The notes beneath the pieces are model-generated. The model made no database searches, was not told the origin of the DNA, and saw only the letters and a list, made by a program, of their open reading frames with translations. This document shows, in pieces, positions 38,574 through 47,758 of a DNA stretch of 64,000 bases. Positions within the stretch are counted from its first letter, which is position 1. Each line of letters begins with the position of its first letter. Source of the stretch: an archaeon GW2011_AR20 (GTDB taxonomy: Archaea > Nanobdellota > Nanobdellia > SCGC-AAA011-G17 > GW2011-AR20); contig CP010426.1 of NCBI GenBank assembly GCA_000830315.1, forward strand, positions 738,496-802,495, given 5' to 3'. Made by a program: the position numbers and the translations under genes.

Positions 38574-39845
38574 TTATTTATCTTTATTTAATTCTTTTTT
38601 AATTATATTAGTCATAAGTTTTTCTAAATAATTTTCAAAATCTAATTCTCTATCTTCAAACCCCCTTTGCATATAACCTAAACTATACTTGTCTATGCGT
38701 TCATTAATATTTTTAAATTTCTTCTCCTGTTCTATTATTGTTAATATATCTAAAGGACGATGGCATTTAGCACAATATTTATTTGAATATGGATTTTTAT
38801 ATTTACAAATAGGATCTGGACATATTCTAGGTTGCAGTAATTTCTTTTTTTCTTCTTCTTTTTCTATTATCTCATCTTTTAATAATCCATTTTTAATTAA
38901 AATCTTTCTTTCAACATCCTCTCCAGACAAATGAACATAAACTTTTGGCATAGTAGAATCTCCAACCCAACCAGCTAAAACTTTTAATTCTTGTTCTGTA
39001 TAATCTTTTGCTAATTCTGTAAATCTACTATGTCTTAAAAGATGTGGATAAATATTCTTTTTAATTCCTGCACGAGAACCCCATACTTTCAATAATTTAT
39101 TTATGCCTTGAACCTTAAGCACTTCACCAAAATGATTAGTAGATTGATTAACAAAAACAGGACTTTCGGGGTCTTCTTTATATGGGTGGATATTTAACCA
39201 TTCTTTTAAAAAAGGAACGCTAGAAGTTAATCTTAATCTTCTCATTCCTGTTTTACCAGTAAACATTATTTTGATTCCATACTCATCTTCTTGTATATGC
39301 TTTAATTTTAAATTAATTAATTCACCGACCCTACAACCAGAATCATATAAAACCATAATAATTGCTTTGTCTCTTGTATTACTGCATTTATTAACCATTT
39401 TTTCTATTTCTTCTGGCTTAAGCATTTCTTCTGGCAATTTTCCATTACCTTTACTTCTTTTCCATTTAATTACATCCTCGACTAATTCTTTTTTATTTAG
39501 AAATCTTCTGAAAAATAAATTTACTCCACTCATATACATATTAAAACTCTTGGGGGTATTTTGATTAACATAACTTGCATAATCTAAAATCTCTTTTTTA
39601 GTTATTTTTTTAATTGGTTTTTTATAATGCTTAAAGAAATAATAAACATATTTTATGTTATTATGCATTGTTCTTTTTCCTATGTTACCTTGAGAAGAAA
39701 GAAATTTTTTATAATCTATTAATAATTTATTTTGCTCTGGTAATAAGCTTTTATCATTAGCATACTTGTTTATTTCATAATCCCATTTGTCTTTTTCGTC
39801 GACAAAATAAGGTCTTTTATTATCTTCTTTTAAAACTAATTTCAT
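38574..39845 (-). CDS. Tyrosine recombinase/integrase with C-terminal zinc ribbon
   Basis: SGCRVGE, GKTG, HLLRHS, GW...KVYVH; CPDPIC...CAKC. Confidence 0.95.
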   Translation of the reverse strand: MKLVLKEDNKRPYFVDEKDKWDYEINKYANDKSLLPEQNKLLIDYKKFLSSQGNIGKRTMHNNIKYVYYFFKHYKKPIKKITKKEILDYASYVNQNTPKSFNMYMSGVNLFFRRFLNKKELVEDVIKWKRSKGNGKLPEEMLKPEEIEKMVNKCSNTRDKAIIMVLYDSGCRVGELINLKLKHIQEDEYGIKIMFTGKTGMRRLRLTSSVPFLKEWLNIHPYKEDPESPVFVNQSTNHFGEVLKVQGINKLLKVWGSRAGIKKNIYPHLLRHSRFTELAKDYTEQELKVLAGWVGDSTMPKVYVHLSGEDVERKILIKNGLLKDEIIEKEEEKKKLLQPRICPDPICKYKNPYSNKYCAKCHRPLDILTIIEQEKKFKNINERIDKYSLGYMQRGFEDRELDFENYLEKLMTNIIKKELNKDK

Positions 39846-39938
39846 TTTACTTACTAAATTACCCCTTGAGAGCTGTTTTAATCTGTAAAATAATAAAACG
39901 GTAAACTATATAAACCTTACTTTTTTAATACTGAAAGG

Positions 39939-40579
39939 TTATTTTATTTTGTAAAATTTTTCAGCGTATCTGCAGTTGTTTTTGAACCCATAAAATCTTG
40001 CCCTGAAATAAACAGCAATTATCAAAGGATACATGAATGCCCACTGGCTCTTGAAGAATTTCATCATGGCCACCTTAGCCCCGAAATACGGGGTAATATC
40101 AGTATAGACTACTGGTTTATTATCATTAATAATATTCCAGACCTCGTATTCATAAATATCTGCTTTATAATTCAAATCATCTACAACATTTAACACAGCT
40201 TCATTTACTGCCCGATGATCTGGATGCGGGTCCATGGGGGAATTAATAAATATTTTCTTGGCATGGTGTTTCTTTAAAATTCTTCTTATCCTTTCTTTGA
40301 TGTTTTTTTCCTTTATTTCCTCTTTTAATTTATTATCCTGCAATCCAAAGTAAATATTCTGGTTAATTCCGAACCTCCACGATATCCTTTCTGTTTCCTG
40401 GATTCTTTTGTTTATTATGATATCTTCTTTATAATGCGGATGAGATTTCTGTCCTGCTGAGAATATAACCTTGATTATGTAGTAATCCTCTTTCTTTAGT
40501 TTCATTAATGTTCCTGCACATCCAATAGCTTCATCATCCGCTACGAATGGGCAACAAATACTATTGCTACTTTGCCCAT
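39939..40579 (-). pseudogene. PIG-L family deacetylase disrupted by a 5-nt insertion
   Basis: MGKVAIVFVAHS[TAGCG]DDEAIGCAGTL...DPHPDH; extra bases at about 40539-40543 create a TAG and a frameshift in the HxDD motif. Confidence 0.8.
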
Positions 40580-40687
40580 TTTACACACCACCCCCTGCCT
40601 GAATTAATTTTAACCTTTTAGGCAACGCTGTTTTTGTGTAAATAATCATAATAAAAAGAATTTATTTCTGTATTTAAAATTATTGAA

Positions 40688-40775
40688 TGCGTTAGCGGGG
40701 ATTTGAACCCCGATCCTCGCCTTGGAAGGGCGAGATATTTGCCTCCAAAGGATCTGGCCGTTATACTACTAACGC
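40688..40775 (-). tRNA. tRNA-Gly(UCC) with a 16-nt D-arm intron at about 22/23 (40738-40753)
   Basis: GCGTTAG/CTAACGC-A, TCGCC-CTTCCAA-GGCGA; insert ATCCTTTGGAGGCAAA with a TCC/GGA stem. Confidence 0.9.
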
Positions 40776-40809
40776 ACAATGTTAAAGAACAGAGTTTATT
40801 TATAAATCT

Positions 40810-41529
40810 TTATTTTCCGAATCTTCTATCTCTTTTAGAATATTCATTTAGACATTTTACAAAATCCTTCTTGCTGAATTCAGGCCATAACTTATTGGGA
40901 AGAAATTCAATTTCAGCATAAGCCCCTTGCCATAACAAGAACCCAGATAATCTGCTCTCGCTGGTTCTGATAATTAAGTCTGGCTCGCTATTTAAGTATA
41001 AATTTTCAGAGAATAATTTGTCATTTATTTCCCTTGAAGTTATTTTTCCATTCTCAATTAAATTAGCGATTCTTCTTGTAGCATCCAATATTTCTGCCCT
41101 GCCAGAATACGCCATTGCAAAATTAACTGTAAATTTATCATGATTTTTAGTTTCTTCCGCTAGTTCATTCATTATATCCTGAATATCTTTTGGAAACATC
41201 CATATTCTACCAATGAATCTTATTCTAGTATCTTTTAAGTCGGGATGATCTTTTAATCTTGTAAATTCTTCCTTAAACAAGTTCATTAAATAGTTAAATT
41301 CTTTTTTTGGCCTATCAAAATTCTCCAAAGAAAATGCATATAATGTTAATTCTTTAATCCCGTATTCTTTGCACCAGTTAAGCAATTTTTCTACTTTTTT
41401 TGCGCCCCATTCATGTCCTTTGTATGGTTTTAACATTAATCTGCGAGCGAACCGACGATTACCATCAATGATATAGCCGATATGCCTAGGAACTTTGTTT
41501 TTGCTGGGTTTTAAGTTCATTTTAATCAT
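40810..41529 (-). CDS. uppS: Polyprenyl (undecaprenyl) diphosphate synthase
   Basis: HIGYIIDGNRR, FSLENFDRP, PDLIIRTSESRLSGFLLWQ. Confidence 0.93.
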   Translation of the reverse strand: MIKMNLKPSKNKVPRHIGYIIDGNRRFARRLMLKPYKGHEWGAKKVEKLLNWCKEYGIKELTLYAFSLENFDRPKKEFNYLMNLFKEEFTRLKDHPDLKDTRIRFIGRIWMFPKDIQDIMNELAEETKNHDKFTVNFAMAYSGRAEILDATRRIANLIENGKITSREINDKLFSENLYLNSEPDLIIRTSESRLSGFLLWQGAYAEIEFLPNKLWPEFSKKDFVKCLNEYSKRDRRFGK

Positions 41530-41604
41530 ATAAATCTCAATTAAATATAATTTAAAAATCTTTCTTTTAGTTAAATTTAAAAGTTTCCACAATATAGCAG
41601 AATA

Positions 41605-42072
41605 ATGGATTTCAACATAATAAGCGCGAAAAACCCAAGCGATATAAATAAATCAGTTAAAAATGGTTATTTTAATATTGTCATTGGCGGCAATGAAGAG
41701 ATTAACAGAAGGGCTTTAGAGAATAAAAATATACAATTATTGCTCGATCCGGAAACCAATGATGAGGATTTTATGCACTCCAGAAATTCTGGATTAAACC
41801 AGGTTTTGGCTAAATTGGCAAAGAAAAATAATGCTGCAATAGGATTTAGCATAAATAGATTATTAAAAATAAGCAATGAAGAAAGGACTGATTTGCTCGG
41901 AAAAATAATGCAGAATATAATGCTCTGCAATAAATATAAGGTTAAGATGTATATAATAAATTTTATTAATAATGACTTAGACAAAAGAAACATAAATGAC
42001 TTAAAGGACTTAGGATTAACCCTTGGAATGCTGCCCGGGAAATTTGAAATACTTGAATTAAAAAATGAATAA
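41605..42072 (+). CDS. rnp3: RNase P protein Rpp30 (short form)
   Basis: INRRALEN, SGLNQVLAKLAKKNN.AIGF, LGLTLGM. Confidence 0.75.
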   Translation: MDFNIISAKNPSDINKSVKNGYFNIVIGGNEEINRRALENKNIQLLLDPETNDEDFMHSRNSGLNQVLAKLAKKNNAAIGFSINRLLKISNEERTDLLGKIMQNIMLCNKYKVKMYIINFINNDLDKRNINDLKDLGLTLGMLPGKFEILELKNE

Positions 42073-42349
42073 AGTAATATTAATCTTTATTGTAAGTTTG
42101 TTTTTAATCAGTTCGTGCACTCAAAAGACCCCTAAAAATATAGAATGCAATACAGATAATGATTGCGCAATAGCCGGCTGCTCTTCTCAATTATGCTTAG
42201 AAAAAGATAAAGCTGATGGTGCAATAACAACATGCGAGTACAGGGCAGAATACGAATGTTTAAAAGAGACCTCATGCTCATGCATCAATTATAAATGTGA
42301 ATGGGAGGAAAATCAAGAATATTTAGCTTGTTTAGAAGAATTGAGGTGA
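42065..42349 (+). CDS. Eight-cysteine-cluster lipoprotein
   Basis: Lipobox ISSC; CNTDNDC..AGCSSQLC..TTCEY...C....C.C....C. Confidence 0.8.
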   Translation: MNKVILIFIVSLFLISSCTQKTPKNIECNTDNDCAIAGCSSQLCLEKDKADGAITTCEYRAEYECLKETSCSCINYKCEWEENQEYLACLEELR

Positions 42350-42350
42350 T

Positions 42351-44537
42351 ATGGTGAAGAAATTAATCCTGGCAATAACATTATTATTAATTATTAGTTT
42401 GGTTAATGCAGCTAGCGTAGACAAAAAAGTTAATCAAGAATTAAATAGTAATGAGAAAGCAGAAGTAATTGTTTATTTGAAAGAGCCAAGCAATGTAAAT
42501 TTAAAAAATGCTAATTCATTTAAAACAACTCTAAGAAAAAATTCCATTCAGGATCTTGGTAACGATTTCGAATTAAAATATGAATACATTTCATTAAACG
42601 GATTCTCTGGAAAAATTAATAAAGATTCTTTGGAGAAATTAAAACAAAACCCGAATGTTAAAGCAGTTTACTTAAATCAGAAAAGAACAATATTTCTGCA
42701 GGACTCTGTTCCATTGATAAATGCCAGCCTGCTTCATAGTAAGGTAATTAATGATATAAATTTAACAGGAATCGGCCAGACAATTTGCATTCTTGATACC
42801 GGGATTAATTATTCGCATAGTGATTTTGGCGGATGTTTTGGAGACGGCTGCAGAGTTGTCTCTGGTTATGACTATGTAAATGATGATAATGACCCTTATG
42901 ATGATCATGGCCATGGAACACATGTCGCTGGAATTGCTGCTGCCAATGGAAGTCTTATTGGGGTGGCGCCAGAAGCAAACTTAAGCATAATAAAAGTCTG
43001 TGATTCGGGTGGAAGTTGCTCTGATGATGATATAATAGCCGGATTTGAATTCTGCATCAACAATAGAACCAAATATAATATAAATATAATAAGTGTAAGC
43101 CTTGGGGGCGGATTATATAGCAATTACTGCGATGCTGTTGACTCGCTTACACCAAGCATTGATTCAGCTTTTGAGAACAACATAACTGTAACAATAGCCT
43201 CTGGAAATGGATTAGATAATGATGGTGTTGGAAGAAGCGACCAGATAGCAGCACCAGCATGTGTACAAAATGCAACTTCGGTAGCAAGTTCAACAAAACA
43301 GGATTTAATCTCAAGTTTTTCAAACAGAAATTCATTTACATTTATTATTGCACCTGGTTCAGATATAACCTCAACATGGATCAATGGGAATTATTTAAGT
43401 CAGGATGGAACATCAATGTCGGCTCCTCACGTAGCAGGAATTGTTGCATTATTACAGCAGTATAAACAACTAACAAGCAACAGAGCATTAACAGTGAATG
43501 AAATCGAGCAAGCATTAAAGTCAAGCAATAAAAACATCACAGATTCAACTGGATTAAATTATACCCGTGTTAATGCATATTACTCATTATTGAGCATAGA
43601 CTTGCCAAGAGTAACTTTAAATTCTCCTGGAAATAATTTTAATACAAGCAATACTTTGATTAATTTTAATTGCTCGGCAACAGACGATGTTTATTTAGCG
43701 AATTTGTCTCTTTACATTAATTCAACAGGCAACTTCACAGCGAACCAGACTTTTAATATTTCTGGAACAAGTAATTCCAGCAATTTCAATTTAACTTTAG
43801 ATGATGGGGCATATTTATGGAATTGTCTGGCTTATGATAATACAAGCAATTCAGCTTTTGCAAATAACTTTACGTTTAGAACAGATACCCTAAAGCCGAA
43901 TTTAGATTCGATAAGCTCTGGCTCAATCACAGAAAATTCTGCTGTAATTTCCTGGACCAGTAATGAAATAAGCAACTCAAGTGTTAATTATGGTACAACC
44001 ACAGAAGTAAGCTCTGTTTCAAGAAACTCTGACTTTATTTATAGCCATTCAATTACATTATCAAGTTTAACAAGCTCAACAACATATTATTATAATGTTT
44101 CAAGCTGCGATTTGGTTAATAATTGCAATACAAGCGTGCAGTCTAGCTTCACAACCTCTGCAAGTTCAAGTAGTGGTTCAGGAAGCTCTGGCAGCTCAGG
44201 AGGCGGAGGAGACGGAGGTGGAAGCGGCGAGGGTAGCACTAATCAAAATACCCCCGTGGTAAACGAAGAAGTTGATGAAGCTCCTGTTGTTCCTGAAGAT
44301 GTTCCAAGGGAAGAATTAACAATTCAGGAAGAAGCAAATAAAACTGTTGTTTTTGATGAAGAAATTGCGCAACCAAATTTCTTTAGAAAACTATTGAATG
44401 TCATAAGCGGAAAGGCAACATTTACAGGGAAGGTAATCAATGATCCTGATGTAAAGGTTTCTTACAGGGTTGGTTCAATAGCTGTAATAGTTACTTTATT
44501 ATTTATTTTCTTCAAGGTAATTTTAAGAAAACCTTAA
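42351..44537 (+). CDS. Membrane-anchored subtilisin-like S8 protease with Ig/FN3 domains
   Basis: ILDTG, HGTHVAG, GTSMSAPHVAG; G/S-rich linker; C-terminal TM. Confidence 0.95.
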   Translation: MVKKLILAITLLLIISLVNAASVDKKVNQELNSNEKAEVIVYLKEPSNVNLKNANSFKTTLRKNSIQDLGNDFELKYEYISLNGFSGKINKDSLEKLKQNPNVKAVYLNQKRTIFLQDSVPLINASLLHSKVINDINLTGIGQTICILDTGINYSHSDFGGCFGDGCRVVSGYDYVNDDNDPYDDHGHGTHVAGIAAANGSLIGVAPEANLSIIKVCDSGGSCSDDDIIAGFEFCINNRTKYNINIISVSLGGGLYSNYCDAVDSLTPSIDSAFENNITVTIASGNGLDNDGVGRSDQIAAPACVQNATSVASSTKQDLISSFSNRNSFTFIIAPGSDITSTWINGNYLSQDGTSMSAPHVAGIVALLQQYKQLTSNRALTVNEIEQALKSSNKNITDSTGLNYTRVNAYYSLLSIDLPRVTLNSPGNNFNTSNTLINFNCSATDDVYLANLSLYINSTGNFTANQTFNISGTSNSSNFNLTLDDGAYLWNCLAYDNTSNSAFANNFTFRTDTLKPNLDSISSGSITENSAVISWTSNEISNSSVNYGTTTEVSSVSRNSDFIYSHSITLSSLTSSTTYYYNVSSCDLVNNCNTSVQSSFTTSASSSSGSGSSGSSGGGGDGGGSGEGSTNQNTPVVNEEVDEAPVVPEDVPREELTIQEEANKTVVFDEEIAQPNFFRKLLNVISGKATFTGKVINDPDVKVSYRVGSIAVIVTLLFIFFKVILRKP

Positions 44538-44680
44538 TTTTTCTTTTTTATTATCATTATTACAAAAGTTATTAAAATAATTCCTAATATTGTCAAAAAT
44601 GTATTTAAAGTATTAATTTTCATTCCTACTAAATTTAAGTAAAATACAATTAAAGAAAAAATTATTTATAAATCTCGCAC

Positions 44681-45109
44681 TTATTGATTTTTAAAATGGG
44701 TTGTTATCTTCTTTAAAAGAACTCTTTGTTCACTTTGTTCAAAGATTATATTAAAATTATCAAAAAACTCTAGTCTACCAAGAAGAATAGGAATTTCAGA
44801 ATTTTCCTGTAATAAAATTTTGATGGGAAGTCTAAATTCATATTTTTCATGACCTTTTTGAATTTTTATATTAAGATGGGAATCTGAAGTCTTGGCTTTT
44901 CCTCCAATTCCTGTGGCCTCATCTTCCTTTTCAATCTTTAAACCAAGAATATCTGCGGCTTCTCTTGGAATTACAGAAATATCAGCTCCTGAGTCTATCA
45001 AACCAATGAAATCTAAAGATTCCTTTTCACTTTTTAGTGTTATTGGAATATATGGAGCTTTTATTATTATCCCGTTTGGCCTTTTAATCTCTTTATATCT
45101 AAAACTCAT
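44681..45109 (-). CDS. Retropepsin-like aspartyl protease
   Basis: LIDSGAD, GIGG, ILLGR. Confidence 0.85.
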   Translation of the reverse strand: MSFRYKEIKRPNGIIIKAPYIPITLKSEKESLDFIGLIDSGADISVIPREAADILGLKIEKEDEATGIGGKAKTSDSHLNIKIQKGHEKYEFRLPIKILLQENSEIPILLGRLEFFDNFNIIFEQSEQRVLLKKITTHFKNQ

Positions 45110-45131
45110 TGATATTATATTACCCCAAAAA

Positions 45132-45329
45132 TCAGAAAATCATAGTTTCTTTGTCAGGAACCTTAACAAATAACGGTCTTTTTCCTTTTGATAAAGATTT
45201 AGCCTCTTTGTATACTTTTTTTAAATCCTTGTCATGGGAGATTATTTTGCTCTCGCTAATTGCTACCCACTGCCCTATAAATTCGCTTAAGTTAGTTTGC
45301 ATGTAAAAATTATAGTTTTTTTCTTCCAT
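45132..45329 (-). CDS. DUF5678-like small protein (partner of the aspartyl protease)
   Basis: GQWVAI...IIS.DKDLKKVYKEA...P....VP. Confidence 0.75.
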   Translation of the reverse strand: MEEKNYNFYMQTNLSEFIGQWVAISESKIISHDKDLKKVYKEAKSLSKGKRPLFVKVPDKETMIF

Positions 45330-45555
45330 ATTGCTCCCCTCTACTTGATTTAATTTTCTTATATATAAACTTTACTTTTTCTTTTTTATTATCATTATTA
45401 CAAAAGTTATTAAAATAATTCCTAATATTATCAAAAATGTATTTAAAAAATTAATCTTCATTCCTACTAAATTTAAGTAAAATACAATTAGAGGTATTAT
45501 CTTATTATTTATATTTTTTAAAGTAATTTTAAGAAAACCTTAAAGAACTTAGAGT

Positions 45556-45834
45556 TTATACAAATTTTAAGATATTTTTGCCTTTTTTAGTGATTTTGTA
45601 TAATCTACCTACTCTTTCTTTCTCATTTAATACATTAACTAGTTTTAATTTATCCAATTCCCTTAAAGCTCGGGATATTATTGTAAAATAAGTGCTGGAA
45701 TTTTTTCCATATATCATTACAACTAGTTCTGAAGGCAAAAACGGTTTATCTTTTGGCATTATCCTCAAAACATTTATCCTATTTTTTGCTCTTTTTAACT
45801 TGCCAACGACAACCCAATCATTTTTCATGGACAA
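45556..45834 (-). CDS. Winged-HTH transcriptional regulator
   Basis: PSEL...ISRALREL..LKLV...GRLYKITKKG. Confidence 0.8.
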   Translation of the reverse strand: MSMKNDWVVVGKLKRAKNRINVLRIMPKDKPFLPSELVVMIYGKNSSTYFTIISRALRELDKLKLVNVLNEKERVGRLYKITKKGKNILKFV

Positions 45835-45943
45835 TTTATAAACAAAGAGTATACATAAAGAAATATTAACAAGTTATAAACAAATTCTAAACAAAAGATT
45901 TTTAAAGCTAGTCATTCCCTTATTTATGAGGTAGGAGTGAAAA

Positions 45944-47737
45944 TTGCCCCATGAATTTAAAAGGGTCGTCTTATATGTCTTATGTTTCTTAGTAGTTTTA
46001 ATAAGTGTAAACGCTACCGTACAATCTGTAGTTATTTCTTTAAATGGTGAGAATTATGATTATGCTATAATCTCTAGAGAATATGATTTATTTGTTGCCG
46101 GCACTAATTTAGAAACCATAGAAAATTCAGAATTAACTTTGGTCAGCAATAATGGAGAAGTAGCCCAATATAAATTTTTGCCAGGCAATATTGCGGGAGA
46201 AAGAAATTTTGGTGAATTTAGCATCAATGTTTTAAGCGAAGCAGACGATCTTGCTAATTCTATAGATAGTATAAAAATAGAGGTGAATGATAAAAACTCT
46301 ACAATTGAAATAAATGGCTTAGATATAAGTGATAAGATTATAAGAAACTTTAATTTTGATTTGGATGAATTTCATGGCTTAATAGATTTAAGCAATCTGC
46401 TTGGAGGAATTACTTTTGATTTAAATTTTGTTAAAGATGAGACACATCCGAAATACAATCAGTTATACATAGACCCAGATTCAAGTGCAAGCAATGTAAT
46501 CGGGGGGATTTTAGCATACAATAGTTTGAATGATATAACTGTAAATAAGATTAATACCGACCCATCATTATTAAACCAGGTTATCGATAAATATAATGCC
46601 AATGTTGAATATATAACAAATGCAAGAGCAATAAAACAGGGAAATGATTTTTCATTTTACACAGATGAGGGTTATGCCAATTTAGAAGGTTCGGATTTAG
46701 AAAATCTACAATCAATTATCAATGAAAAAATTAAATTTATTAACCCAGATCAGGTTGTTGAGACATTGCTTCCAATAGGAGATTTCTCAGAATTTAAACA
46801 ATTTGTTGATTTTGACATTTCAGTTGATTTTGGCGACTTAAAGCTGGAAGATGGAACCTATAGTTTAAAAATATTGTACGAAGATAAATTTGGAAATACG
46901 GGGGAGAAAGAGTTCAAAGTTATTTTAGATATTACAAATGTTGCCCAGCCAGAAACACCGGTTGATGGAAAAATTGAGTTTAAAGATCCTATAATTAACC
47001 AAACCTTAGAAAAAATAGAGGGCTTGCCTTCAGATGTTAATTTAACAGCGGTAATATTTGGTAATGTAAAACCGCCAGAATTTCCCTCAACAACAACAGA
47101 AGTTAAAACTGCCTTAAAGTTTATGCAGATTAACTTAAGCCGGGAGAACATTGTTGGTAGTTTTGATTTATCATTTAGCTTGGATAAAAGCTTAATAAAT
47201 GCTGATGATAAAAATAATATTATATTATATATAGAAGAAAACAATGCATGGACATCGTTAACAACTACGTTTATTAATGAAACTACAACCAAGTATAAGT
47301 ACAAAGCAACAATTCCCCATTTTAGTAATTTTATGATCGCTGTTCACCAAGTTTCCACTTCAACAGGTGGCGGAGTTACGGAAGGAAATGGTCCTGGTAA
47401 CGATGAAACAGGTGATAATGAACCGATTATATTGCCACCAACACCAGCCCCACCAGCTCCACAATCTCAAGAAGAGGAGGCACAATCCTTACTACCGACA
47501 CAACCTTTTATACAAGAACCAGCCCCAGAAGGATTCTTAGCAATTACAGCTAGAGCAATAACAGATTTAATAAATAAAAACCCATTAGCAGCTGTGTTTT
47601 TTGGTTTAGTGGCTTTATTGGGAACATTAGTAGTTTACACATTGTTGTTTTACAAAAAACCTAGAAAAGAAAAGAAACCTAAAAAAGAAAAGAAAGAGGA
47701 TATAGAAAAACAGTTAGAAGAGGTTGAAGAAAAATAG
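45944..47737 (+). CDS. Cell-surface protein with PGF-pre-PGF-like domain and C-terminal TM
   Basis: Signal peptide, W..L.T...Y.ATIPHFSNFMI, Pro-rich linker, TM plus basic tail. Confidence 0.75.
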   Translation: MPHEFKRVVLYVLCFLVVLISVNATVQSVVISLNGENYDYAIISREYDLFVAGTNLETIENSELTLVSNNGEVAQYKFLPGNIAGERNFGEFSINVLSEADDLANSIDSIKIEVNDKNSTIEINGLDISDKIIRNFNFDLDEFHGLIDLSNLLGGITFDLNFVKDETHPKYNQLYIDPDSSASNVIGGILAYNSLNDITVNKINTDPSLLNQVIDKYNANVEYITNARAIKQGNDFSFYTDEGYANLEGSDLENLQSIINEKIKFINPDQVVETLLPIGDFSEFKQFVDFDISVDFGDLKLEDGTYSLKILYEDKFGNTGEKEFKVILDITNVAQPETPVDGKIEFKDPIINQTLEKIEGLPSDVNLTAVIFGNVKPPEFPSTTTEVKTALKFMQINLSRENIVGSFDLSFSLDKSLINADDKNNIILYIEENNAWTSLTTTFINETTTKYKYKATIPHFSNFMIAVHQVSTSTGGGVTEGNGPGNDETGDNEPIILPPTPAPPAPQSQEEEAQSLLPTQPFIQEPAPEGFLAITARAITDLINKNPLAAVFFGLVALLGTLVVYTLLFYKKPRKEKKPKKEKKEDIEKQLEEVEEK

Positions 47738-47758
47738 GGGTGGGGAGCTTGTTTTTAT

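Larger units (their letters stand above)
27252..39955. mobile_element. Integrated 12.7-kb element (tyrosine integrase, SF3 helicase, fusexin-M64) inserted at the 3' end of a PIG-L deacetylase gene
   Basis: 15-bp direct repeat ATTTTATTTTGTAAA at 27252-27266 and 39941-39955; 14-bp inverted repeat CCTTTCAGTATTAA (27271-27284) / TTAATACTGAAAGG (39925-39938); integrase adjacent to the right end. Confidence 0.9.
44496..45543. repeat. Nested direct repeats: 42-bp subtilase 3' end (44496-44537 / 45502-45543) enclosing a ~118-bp repeat (44534-44652 / 45372-45490)
   Basis: Outer copies differ at 4 synonymous positions; each inner copy contains a 29-aa hydrophobic ORF on the minus strand (44534-44623, 45372-45461). 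Confidence 0.9.

Noticed and set aside
27252-39955. Calling the element a pleolipovirus or tailed provirus
   Set aside because: No recognisable capsid, terminase, portal, or pleolipovirus-type spike and NTPase block; left as an unclassified integrative element.
12746-40543. Stop-codon reassignment suggested by in-frame TAA (12746) and TAG (40541)
   Set aside because: All three stop codons terminate normal genes here, and the TAG case also needs a frameshift.
40703-40921. 72-aa plus-strand ORF
   Set aside because: Antisense to tRNA-Gly and the end of uppS.
44150-44240. GC-rich repetitive stretch in the subtilase gene
   Set aside because: Encodes an ordinary Ser/Gly linker.
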